Source of the DNA: Synechococcus sp.
GTDB lineage: Bacteria; Cyanobacteriota; Cyanobacteriia; PCC-6307; Cyanobiaceae
DNA length: 64,000 bases
Reading direction: 5' to 3'
Assembly (NCBI GenBank): GCA_047284725.1
Contig: JBJBEO010000001.1
Coordinates: 1,016,203 to 1,080,202 of the forward strand
Shown: positions 45,759 through 57,415 of the stretch, piece by piece
Layout: every line of letters begins with the position of its first letter
Numbering within the stretch: position 1 is the first letter of the stretch
The notes under the pieces: model-generated
The model's input: the letters and a program-made list of their open reading frames with translations, nothing else
Databases searched by the model: none
What the model was told of the DNA's origin: nothing
Made by a program: the position numbers and the translations under genes

Positions 45759-47376
45759 CCGCTTCCTGGCAGGCCCTGCGGGTCAGCGCCATCATCGTGA
45801 GTGTGGGGCTTTGCCAGGCCGACGTCGGCCAACAGGCTCCATCCACAACCAAGACGTTGGTGCAGCGCCAGAGTCGGTTGAAACGATCGACAACGCTGCT
45901 GGATTCGTGGGTTCCCATGGCAGCGCCACCCACTTCATGGATGTAGTAGCCCGGAGGTGGGGCCTGATCGTTGGTGGCAGCACTGGCGGTCACCAGCGGT
46001 TCGATCAGGGGCAGATGAATCAGATCCTGCAGTGGTCGAGGTTCTCCGCCCGCAGCGCTGATGGCCGACAGCATCGTTGTGTGCATGTGGTCCACCATGG
46101 CTTGCTCATTCGCTCCCCAGCGGCAGTCGATATGGGGGATGGGTCGACCCCACGCATCGGTTTGGGACGAAAGGCTCACGTGGTTGTCGTGACGGGCCAG
46201 CACCTCACCGTGGCCGATCAGGAAGCCCAGGCGGCAATCCCGTTGCCGCTTGAGAGCCGCAGGAGGATCAAAGCGATTGATGCCGCCCCAAAGCCCATAG
46301 CCCCTGAGGAAGTCGACGGAGCCGGTGCTTTCGAGGCAGGATCCGAAGGGGATGAAAAAGCTGCCTGCCCCCGATAACTTCGCTGGATTCACCGCCTCAG
46401 ATTCAGATGGCATCGCGAAGAAGCGGCACGTGGACACGTGGTCCATCAGGGCCTTGCCCAGACGACCCGAGGGGTCGTCGAAGCCATCCGCCGTGTGCTG
46501 CTGTTCTGATTGCAGAAGAATGCGCAGGGTTTGAATGGTGGAGGCACAAAGCACGATCAGGGGCGCTTCCAGTCGATGCCGGTTGCCATCGCTGAGCTTG
46601 ATGGCAATCGCACCTGCTGCCCGCTGCCGGTCTGGCGTCATCAGCAGTCGTTCGACCATCAGACCGCTGCAAAGCTCGACGCGCCCTGTCGCGAGTGCCC
46701 GCTTCATGGTGCTGCCGAGACTGCTGGAACGAGGCCAGGGGCTGTCTGGGCTGGTCGCAGGCAATTCGAAGCCCCTCGAGCGGATCCAGGGGTAGCCGAG
46801 CTGGTGAGTGACGGCGTCGCTGAAACGCTTCTCCTCAGCGGTCGAGGGCAGCGCGGTGGAACACCAGCCATCGGGGACTTGAAGCAGCCCGTTGCGTTCT
46901 CCATGAACGGCCAGCAGTTGCTCGAGGGCGGTGTAGTGCGGAGCGAGATCGTCATGGCAGATCGGCCAGTTCGCCCCGTGCCCGTCGTGGTCAGCCGCTT
47001 TGAATTCTCTGTCTGACAGCCTCAGTGTGATCCCCCCCCAGGTGAGGCTGCGGCCCCCTGCCTGATGGCCTCGGGTCCAGAGGAAGGGGCGATCAGGGGG
47101 ATGACTGTAGGGATGCTGCTTTTCGTCGATGTAAAGCAGCGGATTCTGTTTCCAGTAGCCAGGGTGCTGAGCTTGCTGGTGATGGCGCCCGCTGAGCAGG
47201 CCTTCGACCCGACGGATGCTGTTGCCAGGCTCTCCTCCGAGGGCTTGCTGGGGCGTGAGCTCAGGCCCCGCTTCGAGCACCAGCACACGCAATCCGGCGT
47301 CCGCCAGCGTCATGGCGGCCACGCCCCCTGTGGCGCCCGACCCCACCACGATTGCCTCGAAGGGATGCTTGTTCAC
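45739..47376 (-). CDS. GMC-family oxidoreductase
   Basis: VVGSGATGG, GGRSLTWGG, LMDH, IHEVGGAAMG, VVDGACWP...SPTLTMMAL. Confidence 0.92.
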   Translation of the reverse strand: MNKHPFEAIVVGSGATGGVAAMTLADAGLRVLVLEAGPELTPQQALGGEPGNSIRRVEGLLSGRHHQQAQHPGYWKQNPLLYIDEKQHPYSHPPDRPFLWTRGHQAGGRSLTWGGITLRLSDREFKAADHDGHGANWPICHDDLAPHYTALEQLLAVHGERNGLLQVPDGWCSTALPSTAEEKRFSDAVTHQLGYPWIRSRGFELPATSPDSPWPRSSSLGSTMKRALATGRVELCSGLMVERLLMTPDRQRAAGAIAIKLSDGNRHRLEAPLIVLCASTIQTLRILLQSEQQHTADGFDDPSGRLGKALMDHVSTCRFFAMPSESEAVNPAKLSGAGSFFIPFGSCLESTGSVDFLRGYGLWGGINRFDPPAALKRQRDCRLGFLIGHGEVLARHDNHVSLSSQTDAWGRPIPHIDCRWGANEQAMVDHMHTTMLSAISAAGGEPRPLQDLIHLPLIEPLVTASAATNDQAPPPGYYIHEVGGAAMGTHESSSVVDRFNRLWRCTNVLVVDGACWPTSAWQSPTLTMMALTRRACQEAVRAGNG

Positions 47377-47605
47377 GGTCTTCACTGAACACAAAGCCGT
47401 TGAAAGATTGCTGTCTCCTGAAGAAAGTCTGCCTTAATTCGGTCAATAACAATCTCCCAATCTTGCTTCTCACCTCAGAGGTCTGGATGGGCGGAGATTG
47501 ACGTTCCAAAGCTTCGGGTGCGGGCCATGGGGCGACTCCCATCGCTGCTAGACCAGAACAACATCGTCTGTTGGACGGAGTGACGACACCGATGCCGTTT
47601 CGCTG

Positions 47606-48949
47606 ATGCCCGCCGCTCCTCCGCTGGCCTTCCTGCCCCCCCGCTTTGATCGCCGCGTGCTCGCACTGAGCCGGCTGCTGCTCCCGATCGGGCTCAGGAC
47701 GGTCGCTGACATCCGAGAGCTGAAGGTGACTGGGGGCGACCGGCTCGTGTCGTCGATGGCCTCCTTCGAAGCGGGAGAGAGCAGGCTGATGCTGGCATTC
47801 CGCCATCCCAGCATCAGTGACCCGCTCTGCCTAGCGTCACTTCTCTGGCGTGAACTCCCTCGTCAGGACCGGCAACGGGGTCGGCGCTTGCGCGGCATCC
47901 CCCACAGCTTCTTTCTCTATGACCGTGGGATCCCGCTCTGGGCAGGTGCGCCACTGGGCTGGCTGCTGCAGCGGTTGGGAGGCACCTCGATTCAGCGCGG
48001 GAAACTGGATACCGCAGCCTTGCGGTCTGCCCGAGCACTCCTCCTGGATGGTTCGTTTCCGTTTGCGGCAGCGCCGGAGGGAGCGACGAATGGACACAAC
48101 GAGTTGGTCAGTCCTCTCGAGCCGGGTATCGCCCAACTGGCGTTCTGGACTGCCGAAGACTTGGCTCGCTCAGCGCGACACGAGCGGATGATCATTCTTC
48201 CGATCGGCCTGCAATACAGCTGGTGCGAGCCGATCTGGGGGGGGATCGATGGCTTGTTGTGCGATATGGAGCGCAACGCTGGTCTTTCTCCGCCAACGGC
48301 TGGACGCCTGGACCCCGACCTGCTCTACGGACGTCTGTTGGTCTTGGCTGAACGGATGCTGGAGTTGTTGGAACAGTTCTATCGGCGTGCTTACCAACGC
48401 GACCTGCCCGAGCTCTCCGGACTTGTCCCACGGCTTGAGCGTTTACTGACCACAGCCCTTGAGGTCGTGGAGGAGTCGTTGGGAGTCCGTTCTGCCGGCA
48501 GCCTCGATGAGCGCTGTCGGCGTCTTGAACAGGCTGCATGGGAACGGCTCTATCCGCCTGCAGGTGAGGCTGAAAGCCAGTGCCAGCTTCAGCGAGGTTT
48601 GGCCGATCGGCTGGCGGATGAAACCGAGGGACGCCTGTGGCACATGCGCATGGTGGAAAGCTTCACAGCCGTTAGTGGCAGTTATGTAAGAGAGCGTCCC
48701 AGTCAGGAGCGATTTGCCGACACGCTGCTGTTGCTTTGGGACACCCAATGCCGACTGCTTGGCACCAACCCGGCTCGACGCCCCCGTCTGGGCCCAAGGA
48801 GGGTGCAGATCACCATGGGCGCGCCGATCGCTGTTGAGGAGAGACTGGCCGAGTACCGCAAGAATCGTCGACAGGCCGTCGCCGCTCTCACCTCTGATCT
48901 GCAAAGGGCTCTGGAGGGGCTGATCAGACCCTCTGAGCTTCCTGGTTAG
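47606..48949 (+). CDS. Lysophospholipid / glycerol-phosphate acyltransferase (PlsC superfamily)
   Basis: FRHPSISDP (HX4D), IQRG, APEG, ILPIGLQY. Confidence 0.85.
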   Translation: MPAAPPLAFLPPRFDRRVLALSRLLLPIGLRTVADIRELKVTGGDRLVSSMASFEAGESRLMLAFRHPSISDPLCLASLLWRELPRQDRQRGRRLRGIPHSFFLYDRGIPLWAGAPLGWLLQRLGGTSIQRGKLDTAALRSARALLLDGSFPFAAAPEGATNGHNELVSPLEPGIAQLAFWTAEDLARSARHERMIILPIGLQYSWCEPIWGGIDGLLCDMERNAGLSPPTAGRLDPDLLYGRLLVLAERMLELLEQFYRRAYQRDLPELSGLVPRLERLLTTALEVVEESLGVRSAGSLDERCRRLEQAAWERLYPPAGEAESQCQLQRGLADRLADETEGRLWHMRMVESFTAVSGSYVRERPSQERFADTLLLLWDTQCRLLGTNPARRPRLGPRRVQITMGAPIAVEERLAEYRKNRRQAVAALTSDLQRALEGLIRPSELPG

Positions 48950-49037
48950 ACAGCGAGGTGTCGCACGACCAACCAACGTCCCTGACGCCTTGTCTGCTCC
49001 GCGCTCCCATTCGAGCGGCGGCGGTGGCCGATCCATC

Positions 49038-49071
49038 AAAAAGCCCCCTGACATTTTTAATGCCAGGGGGG
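49038..49071 (-). terminator. Rho-independent terminator downstream of tRNA-fMet
   Basis: Minus strand CCCCCCTGGCAT...ATGTCAGGGGGCTTTTT. Confidence 0.75.
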
Positions 49072-49077
49072 TCGATT

Positions 49078-49154
<77 letters not shown>

Positions 49155-49214
49155 GCGCTAGGCCGCGTTCGCGACTCGACAACTATACACAGAGGTTTGT
49201 GCACAGCGGGGAGG

Positions 49215-50183
49215 TCATGTCCGCAGTTCACCCTCCACTTCCAGCAGTACGCCAGGGTTGAGCATCAGCACCTGCGCCTCAAGTTCTTCCAGTCCACTGG
49301 GGGTCAGCCAGTCGAGTTGCCTGAGCAGGTGAAGCGCCACGGCGTGCTTCGCCCGGCGGGCCCCGTCTTCCACTTTGATGGCTACACCAAGGCCCTCTCC
49401 AATCCGGCTGAGGCATTGAATGCCCTCGGCGCCGCCTTTGCTCAGCACCTGGCCATGACTGCGCTGCATCAGCTCGGTGTCGAATTTCCCTTCGCCTGCG
49501 ATCAGATGGGGATGGCCCAGCATGGCTCTGCAGATCTGTTCGAGTTCCGCCTGGGTTGAGGCTCCGAGGTGGGCATAGAGCAGCGCCATCTGCGCCAGCT
49601 GCAGGCGAAGGGTGGGAGCACCGCAATCGTCGCGCGCCGCAATCAGTTCGTCTGTCGGCAGGCCGAGCAGTTCGGCAACGCGGCGATTGACCTCCTTCTG
49701 CACGGGGTGGTCGTTGTGGAGGTAGCTCTCCGTTGGCCAGGCCATTTTTCGGCAGGTGGCCAGAAATGCAGCATGTTTGCCTGAACAGTTGTGCTCGAGG
49801 GGGCTGCTGCCACCTTCAGGCACGGGACACTGCAGCTGCGATGCCTCGAGTTCGGCATTCCAGAGGATTTTGAAGGCTTCCCGGGCATGGCCGGCTGTGC
49901 CGGCATGGGAGGCGCAGCTGATGGCCAGACCCCTCTCCCCGCAATCCACCTGAGCGGCCGCTCCACTGCTGAGGAAGGGAAGGGCCTGGAACGGCTTCAG
50001 TGCAGAGCGGATGAACGATTCAAAGTCAGGTTGACCAGCTCGCATCAGGATGCGTCCCTTCTGGTCGCACACCACAGCGTGAACCCGATGCACCGATTCA
50101 AGGCTCGAATCACGTTTGAGCCTCACCTCCAAGGGAGGGGTGGCCAAGGACGCGCCGCCACTGAGGCTGGAAGGCAAGGCCAT
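49215..50183 (-). CDS. L-asparaginase II family protein
   Basis: RSALKPFQA, CASH, HNCSGKH, DDCGAP, SKGGAEG, IKVEDG. Confidence 0.88.
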   Translation of the reverse strand: MALPSSLSGGASLATPPLEVRLKRDSSLESVHRVHAVVCDQKGRILMRAGQPDFESFIRSALKPFQALPFLSSGAAAQVDCGERGLAISCASHAGTAGHAREAFKILWNAELEASQLQCPVPEGGSSPLEHNCSGKHAAFLATCRKMAWPTESYLHNDHPVQKEVNRRVAELLGLPTDELIAARDDCGAPTLRLQLAQMALLYAHLGASTQAELEQICRAMLGHPHLIAGEGKFDTELMQRSHGQVLSKGGAEGIQCLSRIGEGLGVAIKVEDGARRAKHAVALHLLRQLDWLTPSGLEELEAQVLMLNPGVLLEVEGELRT

Positions 50184-50205
50184 GAATGCTCGAAGGCGGT
50201 GCTGC

Positions 50206-50703
50206 TCAGAGAGCCTGACAGAGACTCGCCCCGCCCAGCATCAGGCCTGCCGTCCAGGCCATCGCCCGGGCCAGGCGTCCGAGAATGGGCCTCACCTCGT
50301 GGCGTGCCATCAACAGATCACGCTCTCGCCAAGCCAAGGGTTTTTCCCAGACCTGGCCGTCGTACCAGCCAGATTCTTCGTACTCCACCTGTTCCGACAG
50401 CAGGCGTTTGTGCACGTAACTCCAGCCGAGCCATTGCCTCACCAGCAGCAGCATCGGAAGAACGAGTGCCGCGACAGCACCAGCCGCGAACAGGCGAGGG
50501 AGATCATTGCGCAGGGTCCAACTGCCACTGGCCACCAGCACCGTGACAGGGAGGATGCCCAACCAACTGATCAACAGGGCTTGATCAAGCTTGGTCTGCG
50601 AGGCGGTGGGCCAGGTGAAGAACCAGGAGTCGCAGAGTTGCTGAAATTCTTCCTGGGGGCGTTGTTCTGGAGGAACGGGGCAGGCAACGGTGCTGGCCAT
50701 CAA
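50206..50703 (-). CDS. ycf36: CGLD27 / Ycf36 (DUF1230) protein
   Basis: CPVPPEQRPQEEF, LGWSYVHKRL, YEESGWYDGQVWEKP. Confidence 0.88.
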   Translation of the reverse strand: MMASTVACPVPPEQRPQEEFQQLCDSWFFTWPTASQTKLDQALLISWLGILPVTVLVASGSWTLRNDLPRLFAAGAVAALVLPMLLLVRQWLGWSYVHKRLLSEQVEYEESGWYDGQVWEKPLAWRERDLLMARHEVRPILGRLARAMAWTAGLMLGGASLCQAL

Positions 50704-50709
50704 TGTGGA

Positions 50710-51102
50710 TCAGGGAGCCTGTTCGTCTCCAGACGCTACGAAGCTTCGGCGTTCTCCGTGACCCCAGAAGGCCTCGAGGTCGTAATAGCTCCGCTCCCCG
50801 GGCTGGAGGATGTGAACGATCAACTCGCCGTAATCCAGCAACGCCCAACGAGCTTCATTCAATCCCTCGCGGCGGATGGGAAGACGACCGGTCACCTCCT
50901 CGACTTTGTCCTGTACGGAGCGGGCAATGGCCCTGACCTGTACATCGGTGTGTCCACCTGCGATCACCATCCAGTCGGCAAGGCTGGACACCTCATCAAC
51001 GCGGATGAGTTCAATGCCGGTGGCTTTGCGGTCGTCGCAGGCGTCAGCGGCGAGTTCCGCTAACTGCAGGCTGCTGAGCTCGGTTTGATCGGCGTCAGCC
51101 AT
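50710..51102 (-). CDS. rsfS: Ribosome silencing factor RsfS (iojap)
   Basis: DDRKA, ADWMVIA, QVRAIA, WALLDYGELIVH, YYDLEAFW. Confidence 0.92.
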   Translation of the reverse strand: MADADQTELSSLQLAELAADACDDRKATGIELIRVDEVSSLADWMVIAGGHTDVQVRAIARSVQDKVEEVTGRLPIRREGLNEARWALLDYGELIVHILQPGERSYYDLEAFWGHGERRSFVASGDEQAP

Positions 51103-51730
51103 AGACGTTCTCACTGGTGACGGATTCCCGCGATCCCTGCTGTTGCGCCATTTCCGCTCTGGCTTTGCTGGCACTCTTGCGCAGCGCTTCCAGGCGATCT
51201 TCGTAGAAGCTGCGCTTTTTCTTCTTGCGGGTCTTTTCCACCAGCTCCTTCAGCGCGCCACCCAGGCTTTTGTAGGCATTGGGAACGCTGTAGCCGAACC
51301 GACAGGCCAGATCGATGGCCCGTTCGTCAGCGGTGATGGCGTCCTGCAGTCGCTTTTCGGAATTGTTCTTGAGATAGAGCCGATAGCCAGCAAAACCGGA
51401 CAGGCCCAGCGCCATCATCAGCAGGAGTCCGTCCTGGACCCAAAGCTCACCGATGGCTCCGCCCAGGCCGATGGCCAGGGCAGCCATTTCCCATCCATCC
51501 CGCGGGATGGTGTCGTTCTGAATGCGACCGACCTCGTGCCAGAACAACAGGTTGCGGTGGTCAAGCGCGAGGTTGTCCCACTGCTCAAGGTCCACCTGGA
51601 TCTCGACTTCATCCCGACCGATCTCCTCAAGGGTGATCAAGGGGGGATCAATGGCAGCCGCAGCCTCCACGAACACCCAGCTCTGCATTTCCGGTGGCAG
51701 CAGCCCCTTGAGGCGCTGGAGCTCACTCAT
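51095..51730 (-). CDS. DUF3318 family protein
   Basis: MSELQRLKGLLP, RNLLFWHEVGRIQ, GWEMAALAIGLGG. Confidence 0.8.
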   Translation of the reverse strand: MSELQRLKGLLPPEMQSWVFVEAAAAIDPPLITLEEIGRDEVEIQVDLEQWDNLALDHRNLLFWHEVGRIQNDTIPRDGWEMAALAIGLGGAIGELWVQDGLLLMMALGLSGFAGYRLYLKNNSEKRLQDAITADERAIDLACRFGYSVPNAYKSLGGALKELVEKTRKKKKRSFYEDRLEALRKSASKARAEMAQQQGSRESVTSENVYG

Positions 51731-51844
51731 GGTCGTTCGAGGATCTTCCAGATCGCTTTAAACTAGCGACTCACGCCTCTGGGACGAAAGTTCGTGGGCC
51801 TGCCGCATGGGAGGCTTAACAGGTTTGGCTACGTTCAGAAGCCC

Positions 51845-54800
51845 ATGCCGCGGCGGTCAGATCTTCGACGCATTCTTTTGCTGGGTTCTGGTCCGATCGT
51901 GATCGGACAGGCCTGTGAGTTCGATTACTCAGGAACCCAGGCTTGCAAGGCTCTTCGCGCCGACGGTTATGAGGTGGTGTTGGTGAATTCCAACCCTGCG
52001 TCGATCATGACCGATCCGGAGCTGGCAGATCGCACCTATATCGAGCCCCTCACCCCTGAGGTGGTGACCCGCGTCATTGAGCAGGAGCGCCCTGATGCCC
52101 TCTTGCCCACCATGGGTGGACAGACGGCCCTCAACCTCGCTGTTGCCCTGGCTGAAAACGGCACCCTTGAGAAGTACGGGGTGGCGTTGATCGGTGCCGA
52201 TCTCCCCGCCATTCGCAAGGCCGAAGATCGCCAGCTGTTCAAACAGGCGATGGAGCGGATCGGCGTGAAGGTCTGTCCTTCGGGGATCGCATCCAGCCAG
52301 GAGGAGGCTCAGGCCGTGGGGGCTGCCATCGGCACGTTCCCGCGGATCATCCGGCCGGCGTTCACGCTGGGCGGTAGTGGCGGTGGCATTGCCTACAACC
52401 CCGAGGAATACGCTGCGATCTGCAAGAGCGGGCTGGAAGCCAGTCCGGTCTCGCAGATTCTGATCGAACAATCCCTGATCGGCTGGAAAGAATTCGAGCT
52501 GGAGGTGATGCGCGATCAGGTCGACAACGTCGTGATCGTCTGCAGCATTGAGAATCTCGATCCGATGGGGGTGCATACCGGTGACTCCATCACCGTGGCG
52601 CCTGCCCAGACCCTCACCGATCGGGAGTACCAGCGCCTCCGGGATCAATCGATCGCGATCATCCGTGAGATCGGTGTCGCCACCGGTGGCAGCAATATCC
52701 AGTTCGCCATCAACCCCGCCGATGGTGAGGTGGTGGTGATTGAAATGAACCCCAGGGTGAGCCGCTCCTCTGCACTGGCGAGCAAGGCCACTGGGTTTCC
52801 GATTGCCAAGATCGCCGCACGACTTGCGGTTGGCTACACCCTCGACGAAATCCTCAACGACATCACCGGCAAGACGCCTGCCTGCTTCGAGCCCACGATT
52901 GATTACGTCGTCACCAAGATTCCACGGTTCGCCTTTGAGAAATTCCGCGGTTCACCGGCGGTTCTGACAACGGCGATGAAGTCGGTGGGTGAGGCGATGG
53001 CGATTGGCCGTTGTTTTGAGGAGTCGTTTCAGAAGGCTCTGCGCTCCCTCGAGACCGGCCTGTCCGGTTGGGGCTGTGATCGACCCGATCCCCCGGTGGT
53101 CTCGGCAGAGCTGGAACGCAGCTTGCGCACCCCTTCGCCTGAGCGCATTCTCGCGGTGCGGGCCGCCATGGTGGATGGCCGCAGCGATGAGGAGATCCAC
53201 GATCTCAGTCGGATTGATCCCTGGTTTCTGGCCAAGCTGCGCACGCTAATCAACTGTGAGGCTGAGATCCTGCGTGGACGGGCGTTGAACCAGCTCAGCG
53301 CCGACGATCTGCTGCGTCTGAAACAACTGGGGTACGCCGACCGTCAGATCGCCTGGGCCACCAACACCGATGAATTGTCGGTGCGTCGCTACCGCCAGGA
53401 GAAGGGCATTGTCTCTGTCTTCAAAACAGTGGATACCTGTGCGGCGGAATTCGCTTCGTCCACTCCATATCACTATTCAACGTACGAGCGGCCGGTGTGC
53501 CGGCTCAATGCCGCGGGTGATCTTGAGCCGTTGCAGCCCGCTTCGGAAGTGCAGACGGACGATCGCCGCAAGGTAATGATTCTGGGTGGTGGGCCGAATC
53601 GGATCGGTCAGGGCATCGAATTCGATTACTGCTGCTGCCACGCGTCGTTCTCTGCTCAGGACAGGGGCTTCGCCACGGTGATGGTGAACAGCAACCCGGA
53701 AACGGTCTCCACCGACTACGACACCAGTGATCGCCTGTATTTCGAGCCCCTCACCCTTGAGGACGTGCTCAACGTGATCGAAGCGGAGCGTCCGGAGGGG
53801 GTGATTGTTCAGTTCGGCGGTCAAACCCCGCTCAAGCTGGCGTTGCCGTTGCTGCGCTGGCTCAAGAGTGACGACGGCCTTCAGACAGGCACGCGCATCC
53901 TGGGCACGTCGCCGGACTCCATCGACCGGGCTGAAGATCGTGAACAGTTCGAGGCGATCCTGCGCCAGCTCGACATCCGTCAGCCCCGCAATGGCCTGGC
54001 CCGCAGTGAAGAGGAGGCCCGTGCCGTGGCCACCCGCGTGGGGTATCCGGTGGTGGTGCGTCCTTCCTATGTGCTGGGGGGGCGTGCGATGGAGGTGGTG
54101 TTCGACGAGCAGGAACTCAACCGTTACATGGTGGAGGCCGTGCAGGTGGAGCCCGACCATCCGGTTCTGATCGACCAGTACCTGGAAAACGCCGTCGAGG
54201 TTGACGTGGATGCCCTCTGCGATCGCGAAGGGGTGGTGGTGATCGGTGGCTTGATGGAGCACATCGAGCCCGCCGGCATTCACTCCGGTGATTCAGCCTG
54301 CTGTCTCCCGGCTGTGTCGCTGGGTGATCAGGCCCTCGCGTTGATTCGACGCTGGACCGAATCCCTGGCACTGGCGTTGGAGGTGCAGGGCCTGATCAAT
54401 CTGCAGTTCGCCGTGCAGCGTGATTCGTCCGGTGCGGAGGTTGTGTACATCATCGAAGCCAATCCCCGTGCCTCTCGCACCGTGCCGTTTGTGGCCAAGG
54501 CCACCGGTGTTCCCCTTGCCCGTGTCGCCACGCGCCTGATGACGGGTGAGACGCTGCAGGAGGTGGGCCTCACCGAGGAACCCAGGCCGCCCCTCCAGGC
54601 GGTGAAGGAGGCCGTGTTGCCCTTCCGCCGTTTCCCAGGCGCTGATTCGGTGTTGGGACCTGAAATGCGCTCCACCGGGGAAGTGATGGGCTCGGCGCAA
54701 GAGTTCGGCATGGCCTACGCCAAGGCAGAGCTGGCGGCTGGCGATGCTCTGCCCACGGCGGGACGGGTGTTCCTCTCGACCCATGATCGCGATAAGCAAG

Positions 54801-55153
54801 CGCTCGTGCCCGTGGCCCGCCGCCTGATTGAGCTCGGTTTTGAACTCACCGCCACGGTTGGCACCGCCAAAGTGCTGGAACACGAAGGGCTGGCGGTGAC
54901 ATCGGTGCTGAAGGTGCACGAGGGACGACCGAACATCGAGGATCTGATCCGTTCCGGTGGGGTCCAACTGGCGATCAACACGCCCATCGGTCGCCAGGCG
55001 GCCCATGACGATCGCTACCTCCGCAGGGCCGCTCTTGATTATTCGGTGCCGACGGTCACCACCCTGGCCGGTGCACGGGCCGCAGTGGAGGCGATCGCCG
55101 CTCTGCAGGCTGAAAGTCTCTCCATCCATGCTCTGCAGGATGTCCATCCCTGA
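51845..55153 (+). CDS. carB: Carbamoyl-phosphate synthase large subunit
   Basis: [30 protein letters not shown]; duplicated ATP-grasp domains; C-terminal MGS-like domain. Confidence 0.98.
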   Translation: MPRRSDLRRILLLGSGPIVIGQACEFDYSGTQACKALRADGYEVVLVNSNPASIMTDPELADRTYIEPLTPEVVTRVIEQERPDALLPTMGGQTALNLAVALAENGTLEKYGVALIGADLPAIRKAEDRQLFKQAMERIGVKVCPSGIASSQEEAQAVGAAIGTFPRIIRPAFTLGGSGGGIAYNPEEYAAICKSGLEASPVSQILIEQSLIGWKEFELEVMRDQVDNVVIVCSIENLDPMGVHTGDSITVAPAQTLTDREYQRLRDQSIAIIREIGVATGGSNIQFAINPADGEVVVIEMNPRVSRSSALASKATGFPIAKIAARLAVGYTLDEILNDITGKTPACFEPTIDYVVTKIPRFAFEKFRGSPAVLTTAMKSVGEAMAIGRCFEESFQKALRSLETGLSGWGCDRPDPPVVSAELERSLRTPSPERILAVRAAMVDGRSDEEIHDLSRIDPWFLAKLRTLINCEAEILRGRALNQLSADDLLRLKQLGYADRQIAWATNTDELSVRRYRQEKGIVSVFKTVDTCAAEFASSTPYHYSTYERPVCRLNAAGDLEPLQPASEVQTDDRRKVMILGGGPNRIGQGIEFDYCCCHASFSAQDRGFATVMVNSNPETVSTDYDTSDRLYFEPLTLEDVLNVIEAERPEGVIVQFGGQTPLKLALPLLRWLKSDDGLQTGTRILGTSPDSIDRAEDREQFEAILRQLDIRQPRNGLARSEEEARAVATRVGYPVVVRPSYVLGGRAMEVVFDEQELNRYMVEAVQVEPDHPVLIDQYLENAVEVDVDALCDREGVVVIGGLMEHIEPAGIHSGDSACCLPAVSLGDQALALIRRWTESLALALEVQGLINLQFAVQRDSSGAEVVYIIEANPRASRTVPFVAKATGVPLARVATRLMTGETLQEVGLTEEPRPPLQAVKEAVLPFRRFPGADSVLGPEMRSTGEVMGSAQEFGMAYAKAELAAGDALPTAGRVFLSTHDRDKQALVPVARRLIELGFELTATVGTAKVLEHEGLAVTSVLKVHEGRPNIEDLIRSGGVQLAINTPIGRQAAHDDRYLRRAALDYSVPTVTTLAGARAAVEAIAALQAESLSIHALQDVHP

Positions 55154-55179
55154 CAGGCAAGCCACTAGGGTTTCAGAGA

Positions 55180-55866
55180 TTGTTCGAGCCTTCGGTTGTG
55201 ACTCAGGCCATCACTGCCTCGATTGCCCCAGGGACTGATTGCCGTGAGGCTTTCCGCGCTGCTTACGAGAATCGCTACACCTGGGAACCCGCGTTCGCTG
55301 GCTACCGCGGGCGCTGCATCTGGCAGCAGGGAGACCGACGGGTGGAAGGCACCTTCACGGTGGGGGCTGATCTGAAAGCGTCTGTGGAGGGTGTGGATGA
55401 GGCCGAGGTGCAGAAAGCGATTGCATCACAGCTGTGGGAAGTGGCTATTCATCGGGTGCGCCGCGGTTTTGAACAGGTGCACGGCGAGAACACCTTCACC
55501 GCTGGGGACACGACGGATCAAGGTCTGGAGGTGTTGATCGGTGGCAAAGGCGAGGGCGACCGCTATCGCATCAAGGATGACGTGGTGACGATGGTGCATC
55601 GACACATCCATGGAACCGTTGTGACCATCCACACCGGCAGTACCACCGATACCGGTGCTGGCTATCTGAGCCACACCTACAGCAGTCAGTATTCCGACCC
55701 TGAAACCGGTGCTGCGCGCGGTGGGGAAAGTCAGTTTGAGGACAGCTTTGCGCCTCTCAACGACGGTGGTCCCTGGGTGCTTGAGCAGCGCGTGATCACC
55801 AGCACGGATGCAGACGGGCAGCTGGGCCGGCAAGTGTTCCAATTCGTTGATTTGGCCACCTGCTGA
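55180..55866 (+). CDS. DUF3386 family protein
   Basis: FRAAYENRYTW, SQLWEVAIHRVRR, HGENTF. Confidence 0.82.
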   Translation: MFEPSVVTQAITASIAPGTDCREAFRAAYENRYTWEPAFAGYRGRCIWQQGDRRVEGTFTVGADLKASVEGVDEAEVQKAIASQLWEVAIHRVRRGFEQVHGENTFTAGDTTDQGLEVLIGGKGEGDRYRIKDDVVTMVHRHIHGTVVTIHTGSTTDTGAGYLSHTYSSQYSDPETGAARGGESQFEDSFAPLNDGGPWVLEQRVITSTDADGQLGRQVFQFVDLATC

Positions 55867-55915
55867 GTAACCGCCATTGACGCATCGGTTTTCATGGTGG
55901 TGATTTCGACCGTCC

Positions 55916-57295
55916 TTGATGGTTTTCGCTACCACGCAATCAGGCTTTGACAGGCTGGTCACCTCCATCAACGGACCGATTAACGCGTTCGCATGGGGGT
56001 GGCCGACCGTTGGCCTGATTTCGATCACAGGAATCGTCCTGATGATCGGTCTGGGTTTCATGCCGATTCTGCGCCTCAGGTACGGCGCCAGAATCATGTT
56101 GTCAGCGCCTGAGGCGGTCGCGGAAGGCGATATTTCTCCGTTTCAGGCGTTGATGACGTCCTTGGCGGCGACGGTCGGGACGGGAAACATCGCAGGAGTC
56201 GCCGGTGCCATCGCTGTGGGTGGCCCCGGAGCTGTGTTCTGGATGTGGTTGATCGCCTTCTTCGGCATCGCTACCAAGTACGCCGAGGCGGTGTTGGCGG
56301 TTCACTACCGCGAGGTCGATGAACTCGGGAACCATGTCGGTGGTCCGATGTATTACATCGCCAAAGGCCTGGGGTCAGGCTGGGCCTGGCTTGGCGGTGT
56401 GTTTGCCCTGTTCGGCATGCTCGCTGGCTTCGGCATCGGCAATGGTGTTCAGTGCTTTGAGGTCTCCAGTGCCCTTGAAGGGCTGGGTATTCCGCGTGAG
56501 ATCACAGCCATTGTTCTTGGACTGCTCGTCTTCGCCGTCATCATCGGCGGTGTGCAGCGAATCTCCAAGGCAGCATCTGCGATTGTTCCCTTCATGGCGA
56601 TCGCCTATGTGCTGGGTTGCGTGTTTATCCTTCTCGCCAATGCGTCGAAACTGGATACCGCCATTGAACTGATCTTTTCCAATGCTTTCACCGGGAAAGC
56701 GGCTGCCACTGGCACCCTTGTGCAGGTGATTCTGATGGGCTTCAAGCGTGGCATCTTCTCGAATGAAGCCGGCCTTGGCAGTGCTCCGATTGCCCATGCA
56801 GCCGCGCGGACCAACGATCCAGTCCGTCAGGGGACCGTGGCCATGCTCGGCACCTTCATCGACACCTGGATCATCTGCACCCTGACCGCCATGGTGATTC
56901 TTGTCAGCGGGGTTTACGACGGTGGCTTGTCAGGTTCTGAACTGTCGATCGCAGCGTTCAATCAGGCGGTTCAGGGATCGGGTTGGCTGGTGACCTTCGG
57001 TCTGCTTGTGTTCGCCTTCACCACTGTTCTGGGTTGGAGTTTTTATGGCGAGCGCTGCACTGAATATCTCTTCGGTGTGAAGGCGATTCTTCCTTTCCGT
57101 GTGGTCTGGGTGTCTGTTGTGGTGATCGGTTCCCTTGTCGGCGATCGCGGTGTGGTCTGGGGCGTCGCCGATACCCTCAACGGATTGATGGCGATCCCCA
57201 ACCTGATTGGTCTGCTCTTGCTCTCCCCCGTGGTGTTCCGCCTGACTCGCGCCTACGACTTCCGATCGGCAGGCCCGACGCACTTGGACTCCTGA
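55916..57295 (+). CDS. Sodium:alanine/glycine symporter (AGCS family)
   Basis: LAATVGTGNIAGVA, GGPGAVFWMW, GGPMYY, RGIFSNEAGLGS. Confidence 0.95.
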   Translation: MMVFATTQSGFDRLVTSINGPINAFAWGWPTVGLISITGIVLMIGLGFMPILRLRYGARIMLSAPEAVAEGDISPFQALMTSLAATVGTGNIAGVAGAIAVGGPGAVFWMWLIAFFGIATKYAEAVLAVHYREVDELGNHVGGPMYYIAKGLGSGWAWLGGVFALFGMLAGFGIGNGVQCFEVSSALEGLGIPREITAIVLGLLVFAVIIGGVQRISKAASAIVPFMAIAYVLGCVFILLANASKLDTAIELIFSNAFTGKAAATGTLVQVILMGFKRGIFSNEAGLGSAPIAHAAARTNDPVRQGTVAMLGTFIDTWIICTLTAMVILVSGVYDGGLSGSELSIAAFNQAVQGSGWLVTFGLLVFAFTTVLGWSFYGERCTEYLFGVKAILPFRVVWVSVVVIGSLVGDRGVVWGVADTLNGLMAIPNLIGLLLLSPVVFRLTRAYDFRSAGPTHLDS

Positions 57296-57328
57296 GGCTG
57301 GTCCGACCATCCTCCCCAAGACAGCATC

Positions 57329-57364
57329 AAAAAAAGCCTCCTGGATTGTCCAGGAGGCTTTCTT
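57329..57364. terminator. Bidirectional intrinsic terminator between convergent genes
   Basis: A7-GCCTCCTGGA-TTG-TCCAGGAGGC-TTTCTT. Confidence 0.85.
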
Positions 57365-57415
57365 GTTGGGATCCGGCGTTGCGGGGTGCTCGCGCCTCAA
57401 TCTCAACGACAAGTC